Shown here piece after piece: positions 1 through 8,042 of a DNA stretch of 35,868 bases. The notes beneath the pieces were generated by a model. That model ran no database searches. It was not told the DNA's origin and saw nothing but the letters and a program-made list of their open reading frames with translations. A program made the position numbers and the translations under genes. How positions within the stretch are numbered: position 1 is the first letter of the stretch; each line of letters begins with the position of its first letter. This DNA is from a virus (Duplodnaviria > Heunggongvirae > Uroviricota > Caudoviricetes), in the IMG/VR virus record IMGVR_UViG_2609460346_000008; one strand, 5' to 3'.

Positions 1-162
1 ATGACTACTCAAAACAATAAGCATGATAGCCTGGATTACTCAGAAAAGCCCAAAAGCAAGCACATCGTGACGTTCGAGCGCGATTCCGGTAGAAAAGGAG
101 AATCGTCTTCCTCTGCCAATAAAACCACTATGCCGGCAGCCCCTGCCCCAGGGAAAAAATAA
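1..162 (+). CDS. Small ORF (53 codons) of unknown function; possibly the 3' end of a longer gene starting upstream of the window
   Basis: Open frame from base 1 to TAA at 160-162, not in the supplied track (below its size cutoff). Ser/Ala/Pro-rich tail. Convergent with the 166-798 gene. No RBS can be assessed because the window starts at the ATG. Confidence 0.2.
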   Translation: MTTQNNKHDSLDYSEKPKSKHIVTFERDSGRKGESSSSANKTTMPAAPAPGKK

Positions 163-165
163 ACA

Positions 166-798
166 TCATTCATCGTTCGTTGCACGAACGCGCCTGATCT
201 CCACTCTGGCAATCTGATCTGCTGGAATATAGGTTGCCAGAGCTCCCCAGTACTTATCAACCACGCCTTTATACTCTTCCCATTCGTTACTGCCTGAAGG
301 GCTGCTGTGCGTGACGTAAAGAACCATATCGCCTTTATTCCCCAGGGTAAACGGACCGTTAGGCCACTCTTCAAAGTTCCCTGGCAGCCGTGACATCATA
401 CCGGAACCATCGCGAAGAATCACTCTGACCTCGGTAACGCTGAAGCCTGTTTGATCAAACATTGCCTGCCATGCTGAGCTGGTATCGTCAGACCATGAAA
501 CATCATTATTCCACAGTAATCTGTACATCCATTTGCGACCGTACCTGCGCCACCACGCACCACATGTAACGGCACACAGAAGTGCTGGTGGTGTTGCCAG
601 CCAGGCATTCAGACCTGCCCACATAACAGCCTGGTAAGCCATCATTGCTGTCAGGCCAAAAATCAGCGAAGAAAAAGTCACCTCAATGGGCTTGTGGTGA
701 TCCTTCAGTCCCACATTCGCAATAAAATACCCAATATAGCCACTGGTCAGGGTCACCAGTGTTGCCCATGGCAGATTTAACAACGAAACGTCAAACAT
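166..798 (-). CDS. Hypothetical membrane protein (about 3 N-terminal TM helices plus about 120-aa soluble C-terminal domain); accessory/moron candidate
   Basis: Track ORF 166..876; preferred start is the ATG at 798 (MFDVSLL...) with GGGAGA 4 nt upstream. Hydrophobic segments LVTLTSGYIGYFIANVGL and LIFGLTAMMAYQAVMWAGL...LLCAVTCGAWW. Lies downstream of the early-operon terminator. No family recognised. Confidence 0.6.
   Translation of the reverse strand: MFDVSLLNLPWATLVTLTSGYIGYFIANVGLKDHHKPIEVTFSSLIFGLTAMMAYQAVMWAGLNAWLATPPALLCAVTCGAWWRRYGRKWMYRLLWNNDVSWSDDTSSAWQAMFDQTGFSVTEVRVILRDGSGMMSRLPGNFEEWPNGPFTLGNKGDMVLYVTHSSPSGSNEWEEYKGVVDKYWGALATYIPADQIARVEIRRVRATNDE
174..190. terminator. Short hairpin (7-bp stem CGTTCGT/ACGAACG, 3-nt loop) between convergent ORFs
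   Basis: Inverted repeat read directly from sequence; no clear U-tract on either side, so terminator function is uncertain. Confidence 0.3.
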
Positions 799-835
799 AT
801 TTTCTCCCTGCATCCTGAATACTAAAGAGAGAGCA

Positions 836-867
836 TAAAAAAAGCACGGTAAGGGGTCTACCGTGCT
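836..867 (-). terminator. Rho-independent terminator of the leftward early operon
   Basis: 9-bp stem AGCACGGTA/TACCGTGCT with 7-nt loop (843-867), followed on the minus-strand transcript by a run of 7 U (plus-strand A7 at 836-842), immediately downstream of the Mor-like gene. Confidence 0.65.
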
Positions 868-912
868 TTTATACAATAAGGAGATTTTTGAAAGGGCTTT
901 AACAAGCAGGAA

Positions 913-1311
913 TTATCTGGATTTGTTAACGTCTTTCGTCTCCTCTGGCAGATCTTCATCAAACAACCTGCCCTGCATCCGATCCAGTTCTTCTTTTCTG
1001 ACCCGCTTAACCACGCTGTAGACCCACTGAAGCGAAACACCAAACTTGCGGGCCAGTTCGTGGTGGTTGCGTCCGTTAAACTCCCTGAAGATTTCCCGGT
1101 CGCGCTGACTGACCTTCCATACCATGCCCATCGGGAAATAAACGTTTTGCCCGCCCCAGACCTGCATCATTCGGTTCGCGACGGCCTGACCAATCTGGTC
1201 GGCAATTGCGGGCTCAATATCAATAATCTCGCGAACGGTCTCAGAGGTATGCTGTGCCAGCTCCACCAGGAGTTCCGGCCCTTTACTTCGAAACTGATTC
1301 AGGTCGCTCAT
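913..1311 (-). CDS. mor: Mor/C-family transcriptional activator (middle/late gene activator)
   Basis: 132 aa, C-terminal HTH-like segment ELARKFGVSLQWVYSVVKRVRKEE; last gene of the early operon directly after a GemA-like gene, as in Mu (gemA-mor). RBS GGGAG 7 nt upstream of the ATG at 1311. Confidence 0.75.
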   Translation of the reverse strand: MSDLNQFRSKGPELLVELAQHTSETVREIIDIEPAIADQIGQAVANRMMQVWGGQNVYFPMGMVWKVSQRDREIFREFNGRNHHELARKFGVSLQWVYSVVKRVRKEELDRMQGRLFDEDLPEETKDVNKSR

Positions 1312-1732
1312 GTTTTACTCCCGCAGCTCTGTGCTGCCACTTCTTCAGTTTCTCAATAACACTGCTTGCCTGTTCAGTATTGAGCCAGCGCAGGGCGCTG
1401 ATGCCCGTTTCCCGCTTGATCCACCGCGCTAATGCATTTTCTGAACGGTCACGAACAATGCCGGCAGCAGCCATTTCAAGCCATAGCGCACGAATTTTCC
1501 TGGACTGCGGATGGTTATCCAGCGGTAAACCGGAGCTGGCTTTTCTGGCTGGTTTAACGCGAAAGCCTTTCTTTTTCATGGATTCCAGCACGCAGTTTAG
1601 TTGTGTGGTATCCATTCCTTTGGTTGAGGCTTTACCGGTCAGCCCCTGTAACATCTGGCGGTAGGTGTCTTCATCCATACCCAGTTCATTACGGGCAATA
1701 TGGATAAGCTGTATCAGGCGTTTTTTCTGCAT
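1283..1732 (-). CDS. gemA: GemA-like protein (Mu gp16 family, DUF1018-like)
   Basis: 149 aa, N-terminus MQKKRLIQLIHIARNELGMDEDTYRQML typical of the GemA family; AAGGAG RBS 5 nt upstream; 3' end overlaps the mor start by 29 nt. Confidence 0.7.
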   Translation of the reverse strand: MQKKRLIQLIHIARNELGMDEDTYRQMLQGLTGKASTKGMDTTQLNCVLESMKKKGFRVKPARKASSGLPLDNHPQSRKIRALWLEMAAAGIVRDRSENALARWIKRETGISALRWLNTEQASSVIEKLKKWQHRAAGVKHERPESVSK

Positions 1733-1733
1733 A

Positions 1734-1940
1734 TCATCTCCTTTTTTTCAGTCTGTCGGCAACAATGTCGGTTGCAGCTGGCAGGGTGACTGGCCAGAAC
1801 AACATGACGGCGGTCATGTACAGGATGTAATGCGCGGTGTCGTAGTGCCTGCCATAGCCCAGGGAACGATGAAGTCTTGCGCTGCATGATCCTGCGTACA
1901 TATACCAGAAAAGAAAACAGACAATGGTTTCAGTAGTCAT
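1734..1940 (-). CDS. Small hydrophobic membrane protein (68 aa)
   Basis: Internal ATG at 1940 (MTTETIVCFLFWYMY...) with GGGAGG RBS 9 nt upstream; hydrophobic; follows the stop of the upstream gene by 7 nt. Confidence 0.45.
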   Translation of the reverse strand: MTTETIVCFLFWYMYAGSCSARLHRSLGYGRHYDTAHYILYMTAVMLFWPVTLPAATDIVADRLKKRR

Positions 1941-2160
1941 TCTGAATACCTCCCCATTCGATATGAATATTACGGGCAGCAATGACAGGGTCGTTATTCC
2001 ACCATGCACCTGACATGTATTTTTCAACCTGTTCGCGTCCGGCAATAACACCAATTGTGATCCCCGGCCTGACGTTCTTAAAAAAGGCGCGGGCAAAAAG
2101 GTATCTGGCAGATATTCGGCAGGCTTTTAATTTCCGGCTGTTACCTGATAGCGTAATCAT
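1930..2160 (-). CDS. Hypothetical protein (76 aa)
   Basis: ATG at 2160 overlaps the stop of the upstream gene (ATGA coupling); GGAGG RBS 5 nt upstream. Confidence 0.45.
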   Translation of the reverse strand: MITLSGNSRKLKACRISARYLFARAFFKNVRPGITIGVIAGREQVEKYMSGAWWNNDPVIAARNIHIEWGGIQNDY

Positions 2161-2840
2161 CTGGCCTCCAGTTTCTGTTGTTCCTGCCCACTGACCGGGC
2201 GGTGCAGTCTGACGTTCTGCCCTTCACGAAACCCCGCATAGCGCGAGGCGTCGCCATTGCGGCTTCTTCCCGGTTTACGCGCCCTGGTGGTTTGCGTTTG
2301 CGGGTATTTATGTTCCAGCCACTGTTGCATCAGTTCACGCTCATCATCGGTCAGGGCAAAGGACTGTATTTCACTGATAACGGCCAGTACCCAGCCTTCA
2401 GCAAACTGGTCTCCACGGCTGGTACGGGTGGCGTTTTTTATTCTTTTGTTCTGTGCGCTGATATACTGCTGACGCGCCTTTTTCAGCTGGCGGACCAGCA
2501 CTTCCCAGGTGTACGCAGCCAGTGCCGCTCGTTCCCGGTTACCGTAGAACCCCACAGACGGATGCGTGCCGGGGTGAATGATGGAGTTAACACCAAATGC
2601 CTCGCGGATGATGTTCATCAGGCCCAGCATGTAGCGCGGTGGACGGAGACTGCCTGTCGGCCAGTAATGACTGATGGTTTCATCAATATCACTCATAGCA
2701 ATGTCGGAATGTGTGATGCCGTGAACATCCATCAGTTTACGGGCTCGGCGCAGTGCCAGAGCGGCCTCGTGCGGGTTGCCGGATGCGGCCAGCGCCAGCA
2801 ACTTTTTCAGTTTCTCAATGTGTTTATTCTGGTCTGTCAT
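2157..2840 (-). CDS. DUF2786-like early-region protein (Mu semi-essential region type)
   Basis: Start at the ATG at 2840 (MTDQNKHIEKLKKLLALAASGNPHEAALALRRARKLM...), 3 nt after the upstream gene's stop; N-terminal motif resembles the DUF2786 family common in Mu-like prophages. Confidence 0.55.
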   Translation of the reverse strand: MTDQNKHIEKLKKLLALAASGNPHEAALALRRARKLMDVHGITHSDIAMSDIDETISHYWPTGSLRPPRYMLGLMNIIREAFGVNSIIHPGTHPSVGFYGNRERAALAAYTWEVLVRQLKKARQQYISAQNKRIKNATRTSRGDQFAEGWVLAVISEIQSFALTDDERELMQQWLEHKYPQTQTTRARKPGRSRNGDASRYAGFREGQNVRLHRPVSGQEQQKLEAR

Positions 2841-3052
2841 TGTTCTGTATCTCCGGTATTTTTCTGCCGTTTCCATGCCCGGACAGCGTCGGACAGCTCT
2901 TTCAGGCTGTATGCTGCTTTAAGCTTTTCCCATAACCACTGTGTTGTTATGTGCATCAGCAGGGCAGCCAGGGCTGCCCCCGCACTGAGGCATGTCGCCA
3001 GGCCAGTAAGAATCAGTGTCCATGCGGTGATTTCCCTGAGTATGTCAGCCAT
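2837..3052 (-). CDS. Small membrane protein (71 aa)
   Basis: GGGAGG RBS 8 nt upstream of the ATG at 3052; one hydrophobic helix (WTLILTGLATCLSAGAALAALLM). Confidence 0.5.
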   Translation of the reverse strand: MADILREITAWTLILTGLATCLSAGAALAALLMHITTQWLWEKLKAAYSLKELSDAVRAWKRQKNTGDTEQ

Positions 3053-3066
3053 TGAATGCCTCCCGG

Positions 3067-3363
3067 TTACTCGTTCGTGTAAATCACGCCCAGTCGTGCA
3101 GCCAGACGTTCCAGTTTTTTCTGTTTGTGGAAGTCAATCAGCCGGTCCATCCCCTGAAGGCGCAGTTGCTCTGTCATGATTTCCACGTCTGCCAGCTCTG
3201 CCGCGAGGTCACTTTCGCTGCCCTGTCCGTTCAGATTGCGGGCAGCACTGGCCGCCAGTTCAGCGGCCTCTTCTGTCAGTTTCAGGGCCTGTGCGTCCGG
3301 CCCGAAACGCTGCAGGGCCAGACGGTAGAGGGCGGTGCGGGTGAGTTCGGTGTTTCGTGTCAT
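3067..3363 (-). CDS. MazG-like nucleotide pyrophosphohydrolase domain protein (98 aa)
   Basis: Paired acidic helices LTEEAAELAASAA and LAAELADVEIMTEQL match the EExxE...ExxD pattern of all-alpha NTP-PPase (MazG/HisE-like) proteins; RBS GAGGG 7 nt upstream. Confidence 0.5.
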   Translation of the reverse strand: MTRNTELTRTALYRLALQRFGPDAQALKLTEEAAELAASAARNLNGQGSESDLAAELADVEIMTEQLRLQGMDRLIDFHKQKKLERLAARLGVIYTNE

Positions 3364-3372
3364 GCCGCGCCC

Positions 3373-3645
3373 TCAGTGCTTCCGGCTGACGGTGATGTGC
3401 AGGCCGCCTTCTGCAGTGGTTTCCATCCGGTACGGCACCTCATGCTCTGCCGTGTGGGTGAGTGTGTTCATCAGTACCTGCAGGGCAGCCTCCTTTCCGT
3501 TGGTCGCCACAATGGCCTGTGTGGCCATGCTGATTAGCGCCGTCAGGACGTGCTTCACATCGGTGAGGTCGCGGCATTCACACTCGTTGACATAGTGTTC
3601 AACAAGAGTTCGGGTGCGCTGTCGTGCTTCCTGTGGGGTAATCAT
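3373..3645 (-). CDS. Hypothetical early protein (90 aa)
   Basis: GGGAGG RBS 8 nt upstream of the ATG at 3645; ATGA overlap with the upstream gene's stop. Confidence 0.5.
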   Translation of the reverse strand: MITPQEARQRTRTLVEHYVNECECRDLTDVKHVLTALISMATQAIVATNGKEAALQVLMNTLTHTAEHEVPYRMETTAEGGLHITVSRKH

Positions 3646-3836
3646 TGCGCGTCCTCCCTGTCAGGGCGGGAGAATTCTATGACGGGCACGTCCGCCGAAA
3701 AATGCTGGCTGCAGTACGGGCAGACCAGGGTGACGCGTACTGCAGGTACGTGGTACTTACCGGACATCACGGCGATGGCGCTGTGAAAACGCAGGGCTGT
3801 TATATCCCTCTCGCACTGAATACATTTAAATATCAT
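3642..3836 (-). CDS. Small zinc-ribbon protein (64 aa, CxxC...CxxC)
   Basis: CIQC near the N-terminus and CPYC 30 residues later; AGGAG RBS upstream of the ATG at 3836. Confidence 0.5.
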   Translation of the reverse strand: MIFKCIQCERDITALRFHSAIAVMSGKYHVPAVRVTLVCPYCSQHFSADVPVIEFSRPDREDAQ

Positions 3837-3932
3837 GATTTAATTCTCCTCTGTTTCCGGCGTGCAGAAGCCCACGGCGCTGATGCCGGAATAAAAAAGA
3901 AAAGGCTGTTTTAAATAGCTTATATGCTGTTT

Positions 3933-4463
3933 TTACTGCACATTCTGCTCAAAAGGAATTATTGAAAAATCCTCAATATCACTTTTTATGGTAATACCGG
4001 GAATATTTTTCACGGCGTCCTTTTCATTCAGGATGGCGTCTTTATTTATTTCCTCCTTTACACGGATAAAGCGCTCAAGCCCCAGACGTCTCAGTAATTC
4101 AATAACATTATCCGCCCCACGGATACTGACTGACGGCGGACGGTTTCGCCACTGCACCTCGCCGGTGGTGAGGTTAGCGAACTTCACCTTCCCGTTGCCG
4201 GTCAGTTCATCACGGTGTGCCTCACACCATGTCTGAATACCGGACTGCAGTTCGGCCATGCGTTTTTTCAGGCTCTCGGTGAGCGGGGCATAACGTGCGG
4301 TGATGTCGCCAATGGTGTCATTCATTTCTGTTTCAGCCCTGACCAGTTCACGTTGCGCGTCACCAAGCAGTCTGATTCCCTCAATGACCTCTTCGCGTGT
4401 CCCCGGCACCCAGAGTGCTGCTGCGGCTTTGATACGTTTTGCCCCTTTTGTACTTTTTGCCAT
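3933..4463 (-). CDS. gam: Gam-like host-nuclease inhibitor (Mu Gam / Ku-like DNA-end-binding protein)
   Basis: 176 aa (Mu Gam is about 174 aa); position downstream of the transposition genes as in Mu; strong AGGAGGAG RBS. Confidence 0.75.
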   Translation of the reverse strand: MAKSTKGAKRIKAAAALWVPGTREEVIEGIRLLGDAQRELVRAETEMNDTIGDITARYAPLTESLKKRMAELQSGIQTWCEAHRDELTGNGKVKFANLTTGEVQWRNRPPSVSIRGADNVIELLRRLGLERFIRVKEEINKDAILNEKDAVKNIPGITIKSDIEDFSIIPFEQNVQ

Positions 4464-4490
4464 ATTTTATGACTCCTCCTGTTGTGCTGA

Positions 4491-4760
4491 TTACCACAAA
4501 GATTCCGGCCACACGACGCGACAGCCGTGCAGTTCGAAAACGCCCTGACGGAAATGTCCCCTGTGGTCATGACCGGTATACAGATAACAGGCCTTTCCCT
4601 GCTCAAGCATGCGCATGCAATGCGCACTCCGGGAAACGCGGATGACAGGTTTGTTACCCCTGATGGTGATGCTTTGTACATCCGTGTTCGTCGCCTTAAG
4701 CGCCATAATGGCTGACTGCACTTTGCTGATTTGCTGGTTGATACCTGTGGTGGATTTCAT
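4491..4760 (-). CDS. Hypothetical early protein (89 aa)
   Basis: RBS AAGGGG 8 nt upstream of the ATG at 4760; directly downstream of the transposition ATPase gene. Confidence 0.5.
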   Translation of the reverse strand: MKSTTGINQQISKVQSAIMALKATNTDVQSITIRGNKPVIRVSRSAHCMRMLEQGKACYLYTGHDHRGHFRQGVFELHGCRVVWPESLW

Positions 4761-4762
4761 TA

Positions 4763-5929
4763 TTAAACCCCTTTGACAACGTCAGCGTTGACCTGTGGAA
4801 CCCCGATTTCAGCGGCCAGATTCATGGCGGCTATTACCAGGTTACTGACGGCCAGCGGATACAGCAGGCTGACCATATTTTTACGATGACTTCCCGGATT
4901 GCTCAGGCGGGCACGTATGGCATCCACTGCGCTGGCGTCCATAATGTCCGTCAGTTGTTTACCGGCCCGTTGCAGTTTGAACGTCAGAAACTCTTCAAGG
5001 TTATTGTCCAGAGGCAGAAGTTCGACCACCTCACAGCGCTGAACGACTTCACGGACTTCCATATTGCGTTCAGACAGTTTTGTCGCCAGTTCCGGCTGGC
5101 CAATCAGCACGATGGACAGCAGTTTTTTGAAACCGGACTCCAGCTCAAAAAAGCGTTTGAGGTGTTTCAGTGTCGGAATGGGCAGACTGTGGGCCTCCTC
5201 AATCACCAGAACGTGGCTGAACCCCGCCTGGCTGCTGTCTTTCAGGACGCGATGCAACTGGCGAAAGCGGGCGTCCTGACTGCGTCTGATGCTTTCCAGT
5301 GGTGCGATGGTACTGATAATGGCTTCGGCAATCGCTGCTGCCTTCAGGGTTTTCCCTTTCACATCGTTGTCTTCCATAGCGATGATGTATGGCTCGATAA
5401 CAATTACCGGCGCATTCTCGCGGTTGATACGTTCAGTCAGGTCGCGGCGCAGCGTGGATTTACCCGCACCGGACTCACCGATGACGGCCATAAACCCACC
5501 ATGACGGGCTGTCTGGTACAACGCCTCACGCACGTAGCGAATGTCCGGGGTGGTGAACACATCATCAGAACCCTGCATGGCTTCATCGGCGAACGGGTCA
5601 CGGAAAAGACCAAACGCTTTTTTGGTTGCTGGAAATAACACCTGTTTTTTGAGTAACATATTCTCTTCCTCACTGAGGCTCGTTTTATCTGTGGTACCCG
5701 CTGTACGGGGCGTGGCTGCGCCCTGTACAGCATCAAAACTCTTCGTTGTATCAATCCCCTGACTTTCCAGCCAGGACGCAAGACGCCGGCGCACTTCTCC
5801 GGGGCTGGTGCGGGGCCACGCGTTATGATTCACAATCTGGGCCAGCGTGGCCTCAGAAACATCGACAGCTCTCGCCACCACCGCCTGTGGGATACGGGCC
5901 TCTTTCAGTTGCTGCTTCAGTACCAGCAT
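4763..5929 (-). CDS. Transposition ATPase (AAA+; functional analogue of MuB, ExeA/TniB-like)
   Basis: Walker A GESGAGKST and Walker B VLVIEEAH; N-terminal HTH-like region; preferred start is the ATG at 5929 with GAGGAGG RBS 5 nt upstream (track ORF extends to 5968); immediately downstream of the DDE transposase. Confidence 0.8.
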   Translation of the reverse strand: MLVLKQQLKEARIPQAVVARAVDVSEATLAQIVNHNAWPRTSPGEVRRRLASWLESQGIDTTKSFDAVQGAATPRTAGTTDKTSLSEEENMLLKKQVLFPATKKAFGLFRDPFADEAMQGSDDVFTTPDIRYVREALYQTARHGGFMAVIGESGAGKSTLRRDLTERINRENAPVIVIEPYIIAMEDNDVKGKTLKAAAIAEAIISTIAPLESIRRSQDARFRQLHRVLKDSSQAGFSHVLVIEEAHSLPIPTLKHLKRFFELESGFKKLLSIVLIGQPELATKLSERNMEVREVVQRCEVVELLPLDNNLEEFLTFKLQRAGKQLTDIMDASAVDAIRARLSNPGSHRKNMVSLLYPLAVSNLVIAAMNLAAEIGVPQVNADVVKGV

Positions 5930-5939
5930 GTTTTCCTCC

Positions 5940-7709
5940 TCAGTTGCCGTTAACAATGCTGATAACACTGCTGCGTGCCGGCGTGGTCAGCGTGGCCATG
6001 ACTTCATCCAGTGCAGCTTCCGGTACGCCGTCCGGGTACTGTGCCGTTAACTGGCGGTAATGTTCCGGCGTCCAGGTAAGGCCGTCGGCGCTGAACTTAT
6101 CGCGCAGGGCTTTCGCGGCCTCCACATGAGTCATGGGACGCTGTTCAGTGCGCGGTCCGCGTACGTCAGAGGCCTGGCCTCGCTTCGGCAGGTAGGCCGG
6201 AAGTGTGGTGTCGTCGATATGTTTATACGGGTCAAGCCGCCCGCCGAACGGCAGCGCCTTCGCCTTGCGTGCGGCAGCTGCATCTGCGGCGTTGTCTGTA
6301 CCGGTGACCAGCGCTTCGGTTTCTTTTGCCGCCATCTGCGCCGGGGTTTCCGGCAGGGCTTTGTAACTTTCGCCAAATACCGCCGCGCCTTCAGCAAAGC
6401 CAAACTCGTTCTTTCTGACCTCTTCGACCAGGAAGAACGTCTCGTGGCCGTCCTCACCGGTCAGAACCACCTGTGCCACATCGCTGCGCCACGGGTTACG
6501 GGTAATCATCAGTTTTTCACCAACCAGTACGCCCGGTACCGTTGATACGTCAAATTCAGTGCCCCGGAACGAGACACGAAGTTTTGGCGTGACTTTGCGG
6601 AGTTCTGGTGCCGCCACAGCCAGTTCACGACATACCTCAACGGAAGGCGCTTTTTTCAGCTGCTCAGCAGTAATCTTCAGCCAGATATCCGTGCGGGTTT
6701 TACCGTGGCGGCTGTGAACAGCCGTGGCGTTAAAGTGGCTGCGCCATTTCGCGGCCAGCGCGTTGAGTTCTTCCAGACTGTGAACCGGCCGGAACTTCAG
6801 ACCCGGCTCCAGCTTGCGTTCGATAATGTCCCGCGCCTTTTCCACCTGTCCGGTGGCGCGGGCGTTATGCGGCTTGTGCGCTATCAGGTCGATGCCCAGT
6901 GAGCGGCACATGTTTTTCGTCATACCCGCGGTGTTTGCCGAGCCGGGGTCGAGATAGAGTATTTTCGGCACACCGTGCAGCACGTCTGCGCCGCCACGCT
7001 CCTGCATGGCGTTGATAAGCACAGAACACAGGTTCTCACCTGATTCCGCGCCCGTCACATACTCAACGTAAATCCAGCCGCTGGCATGGTCGGTAATCTC
7101 GTAACTCCACACGCGGTCACTGGCGATACGGGCAAGGTTAGCGGGCTTGTTCTTGTAGAACTTCGCGCTGTCCATCACCTGCAGCCCTTTATGTCCATTG
7201 CTCAGGTAGTAAAGCGTGCAGAGTGAGGCGTCAATCTGCCAGACATGATTGGGATGCAGACTGGCCACTTCGGTATGCGGCGCAGGGGCATCCAGTTGTT
7301 CCGGGTGCAGGCCATAGTTACGCAGGGCTCGGCTGATGGCATCTTCGGACAACGGGAAAAACTCACCGGTGGTTTCATCTGTTCTGCCTGCGGATATAAA
7401 GCCGTTAGCCCGCAGGGTTTCCACTGCATCCGCGATGGAATAGAGACGCTTACCGTTCTTGCGGGTGGCCTCACGCAGTGTGGCAGATATCAGCGCGGCT
7501 TCGTCGCGGGTCAGGGCGCTGCGCCCGGCATCGGCGCGTTTTTTGCGTTTATCAGTCACAGATACCTCCTTCAGCCTGCGCAGCAGAGTGGCGCGGGACA
7601 TGCCAAGTTCAGCACAGGCAGCGTCGTATATTGCACCGCGTTTACCATGCCCCGCGTCACGTGCCGCGCGGGCTGTTTCAACCAGTTTTTCAGTCAGTGC
7701 CGGGGTCAT
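5940..7709 (-). CDS. DDE transposase (integrase-core/rve fold, Mu/Tn552/TnsB-like) with N-terminal HTH
   Basis: 589 aa; catalytic triad spacing read from the translation: D in HVWQIDAS, D in YLDPGS, E in ATGQVE 36 residues after the second D (D,D-35-E). Confidence 0.85.
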   Translation of the reverse strand: MTPALTEKLVETARAARDAGHGKRGAIYDAACAELGMSRATLLRRLKEVSVTDKRKKRADAGRSALTRDEAALISATLREATRKNGKRLYSIADAVETLRANGFISAGRTDETTGEFFPLSEDAISRALRNYGLHPEQLDAPAPHTEVASLHPNHVWQIDASLCTLYYLSNGHKGLQVMDSAKFYKNKPANLARIASDRVWSYEITDHASGWIYVEYVTGAESGENLCSVLINAMQERGGADVLHGVPKILYLDPGSANTAGMTKNMCRSLGIDLIAHKPHNARATGQVEKARDIIERKLEPGLKFRPVHSLEELNALAAKWRSHFNATAVHSRHGKTRTDIWLKITAEQLKKAPSVEVCRELAVAAPELRKVTPKLRVSFRGTEFDVSTVPGVLVGEKLMITRNPWRSDVAQVVLTGEDGHETFFLVEEVRKNEFGFAEGAAVFGESYKALPETPAQMAAKETEALVTGTDNAADAAAARKAKALPFGGRLDPYKHIDDTTLPAYLPKRGQASDVRGPRTEQRPMTHVEAAKALRDKFSADGLTWTPEHYRQLTAQYPDGVPEAALDEVMATLTTPARSSVISIVNGN

Positions 7710-7724
7710 AGCTTGTCTTCCCTG

Positions 7725-8042
7725 TTATCCGATTCTGGCGGCAATTTTTCTGGCGAGGTCGCACAGTGTTTCGCCATCGCAGGTTTTCACCACGGTATTT
7801 ACCGGTTGCGGTGCAACTACCGGGCGTAATGCTGACTGATTCTGCAGACGTCTTATCTGCTGCATCAGCATCACCTCCATCGTCAGTACAAACGGGTGCG
7901 TCTCCTGTGCGGGTACGCAGATTTCACCGGAAGGGGTCACCACGCGGAAACCCTGCACCATCTCCGGCAGCAGATTACACAGTGCGTGCCCCAGTGCCTC
8001 CGGGCTGTCCATCAGGGTATTTTGTGTGTTATTCGTATTCAT
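7725..8042 (-). CDS. Hypothetical early protein (105 aa)
   Basis: ATG at 8042 overlaps the stop of the upstream gene (TAATG); GGAGG upstream. Confidence 0.5.
   Translation of the reverse strand: MNTNNTQNTLMDSPEALGHALCNLLPEMVQGFRVVTPSGEICVPAQETHPFVLTMEVMLMQQIRRLQNQSALRPVVAPQPVNTVVKTCDGETLCDLARKIAARIG

Noticed and set aside
36-374. 112-aa minus-strand ORF at the left edge
   Set aside because: Overlaps the better-supported 166-798 membrane protein gene in another frame and has no RBS.
2178-3179. 333-aa plus-strand ORF across the early region
   Set aside because: Antisense to a run of well-supported, RBS-bearing, translationally coupled minus-strand genes; no RBS; typical shadow ORF in GC-biased coding DNA.
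4886-5638. 250-aa plus-strand ORF
   Set aside because: Lies entirely antisense to the transposition ATPase gene, which has Walker A/B motifs and a strong RBS.
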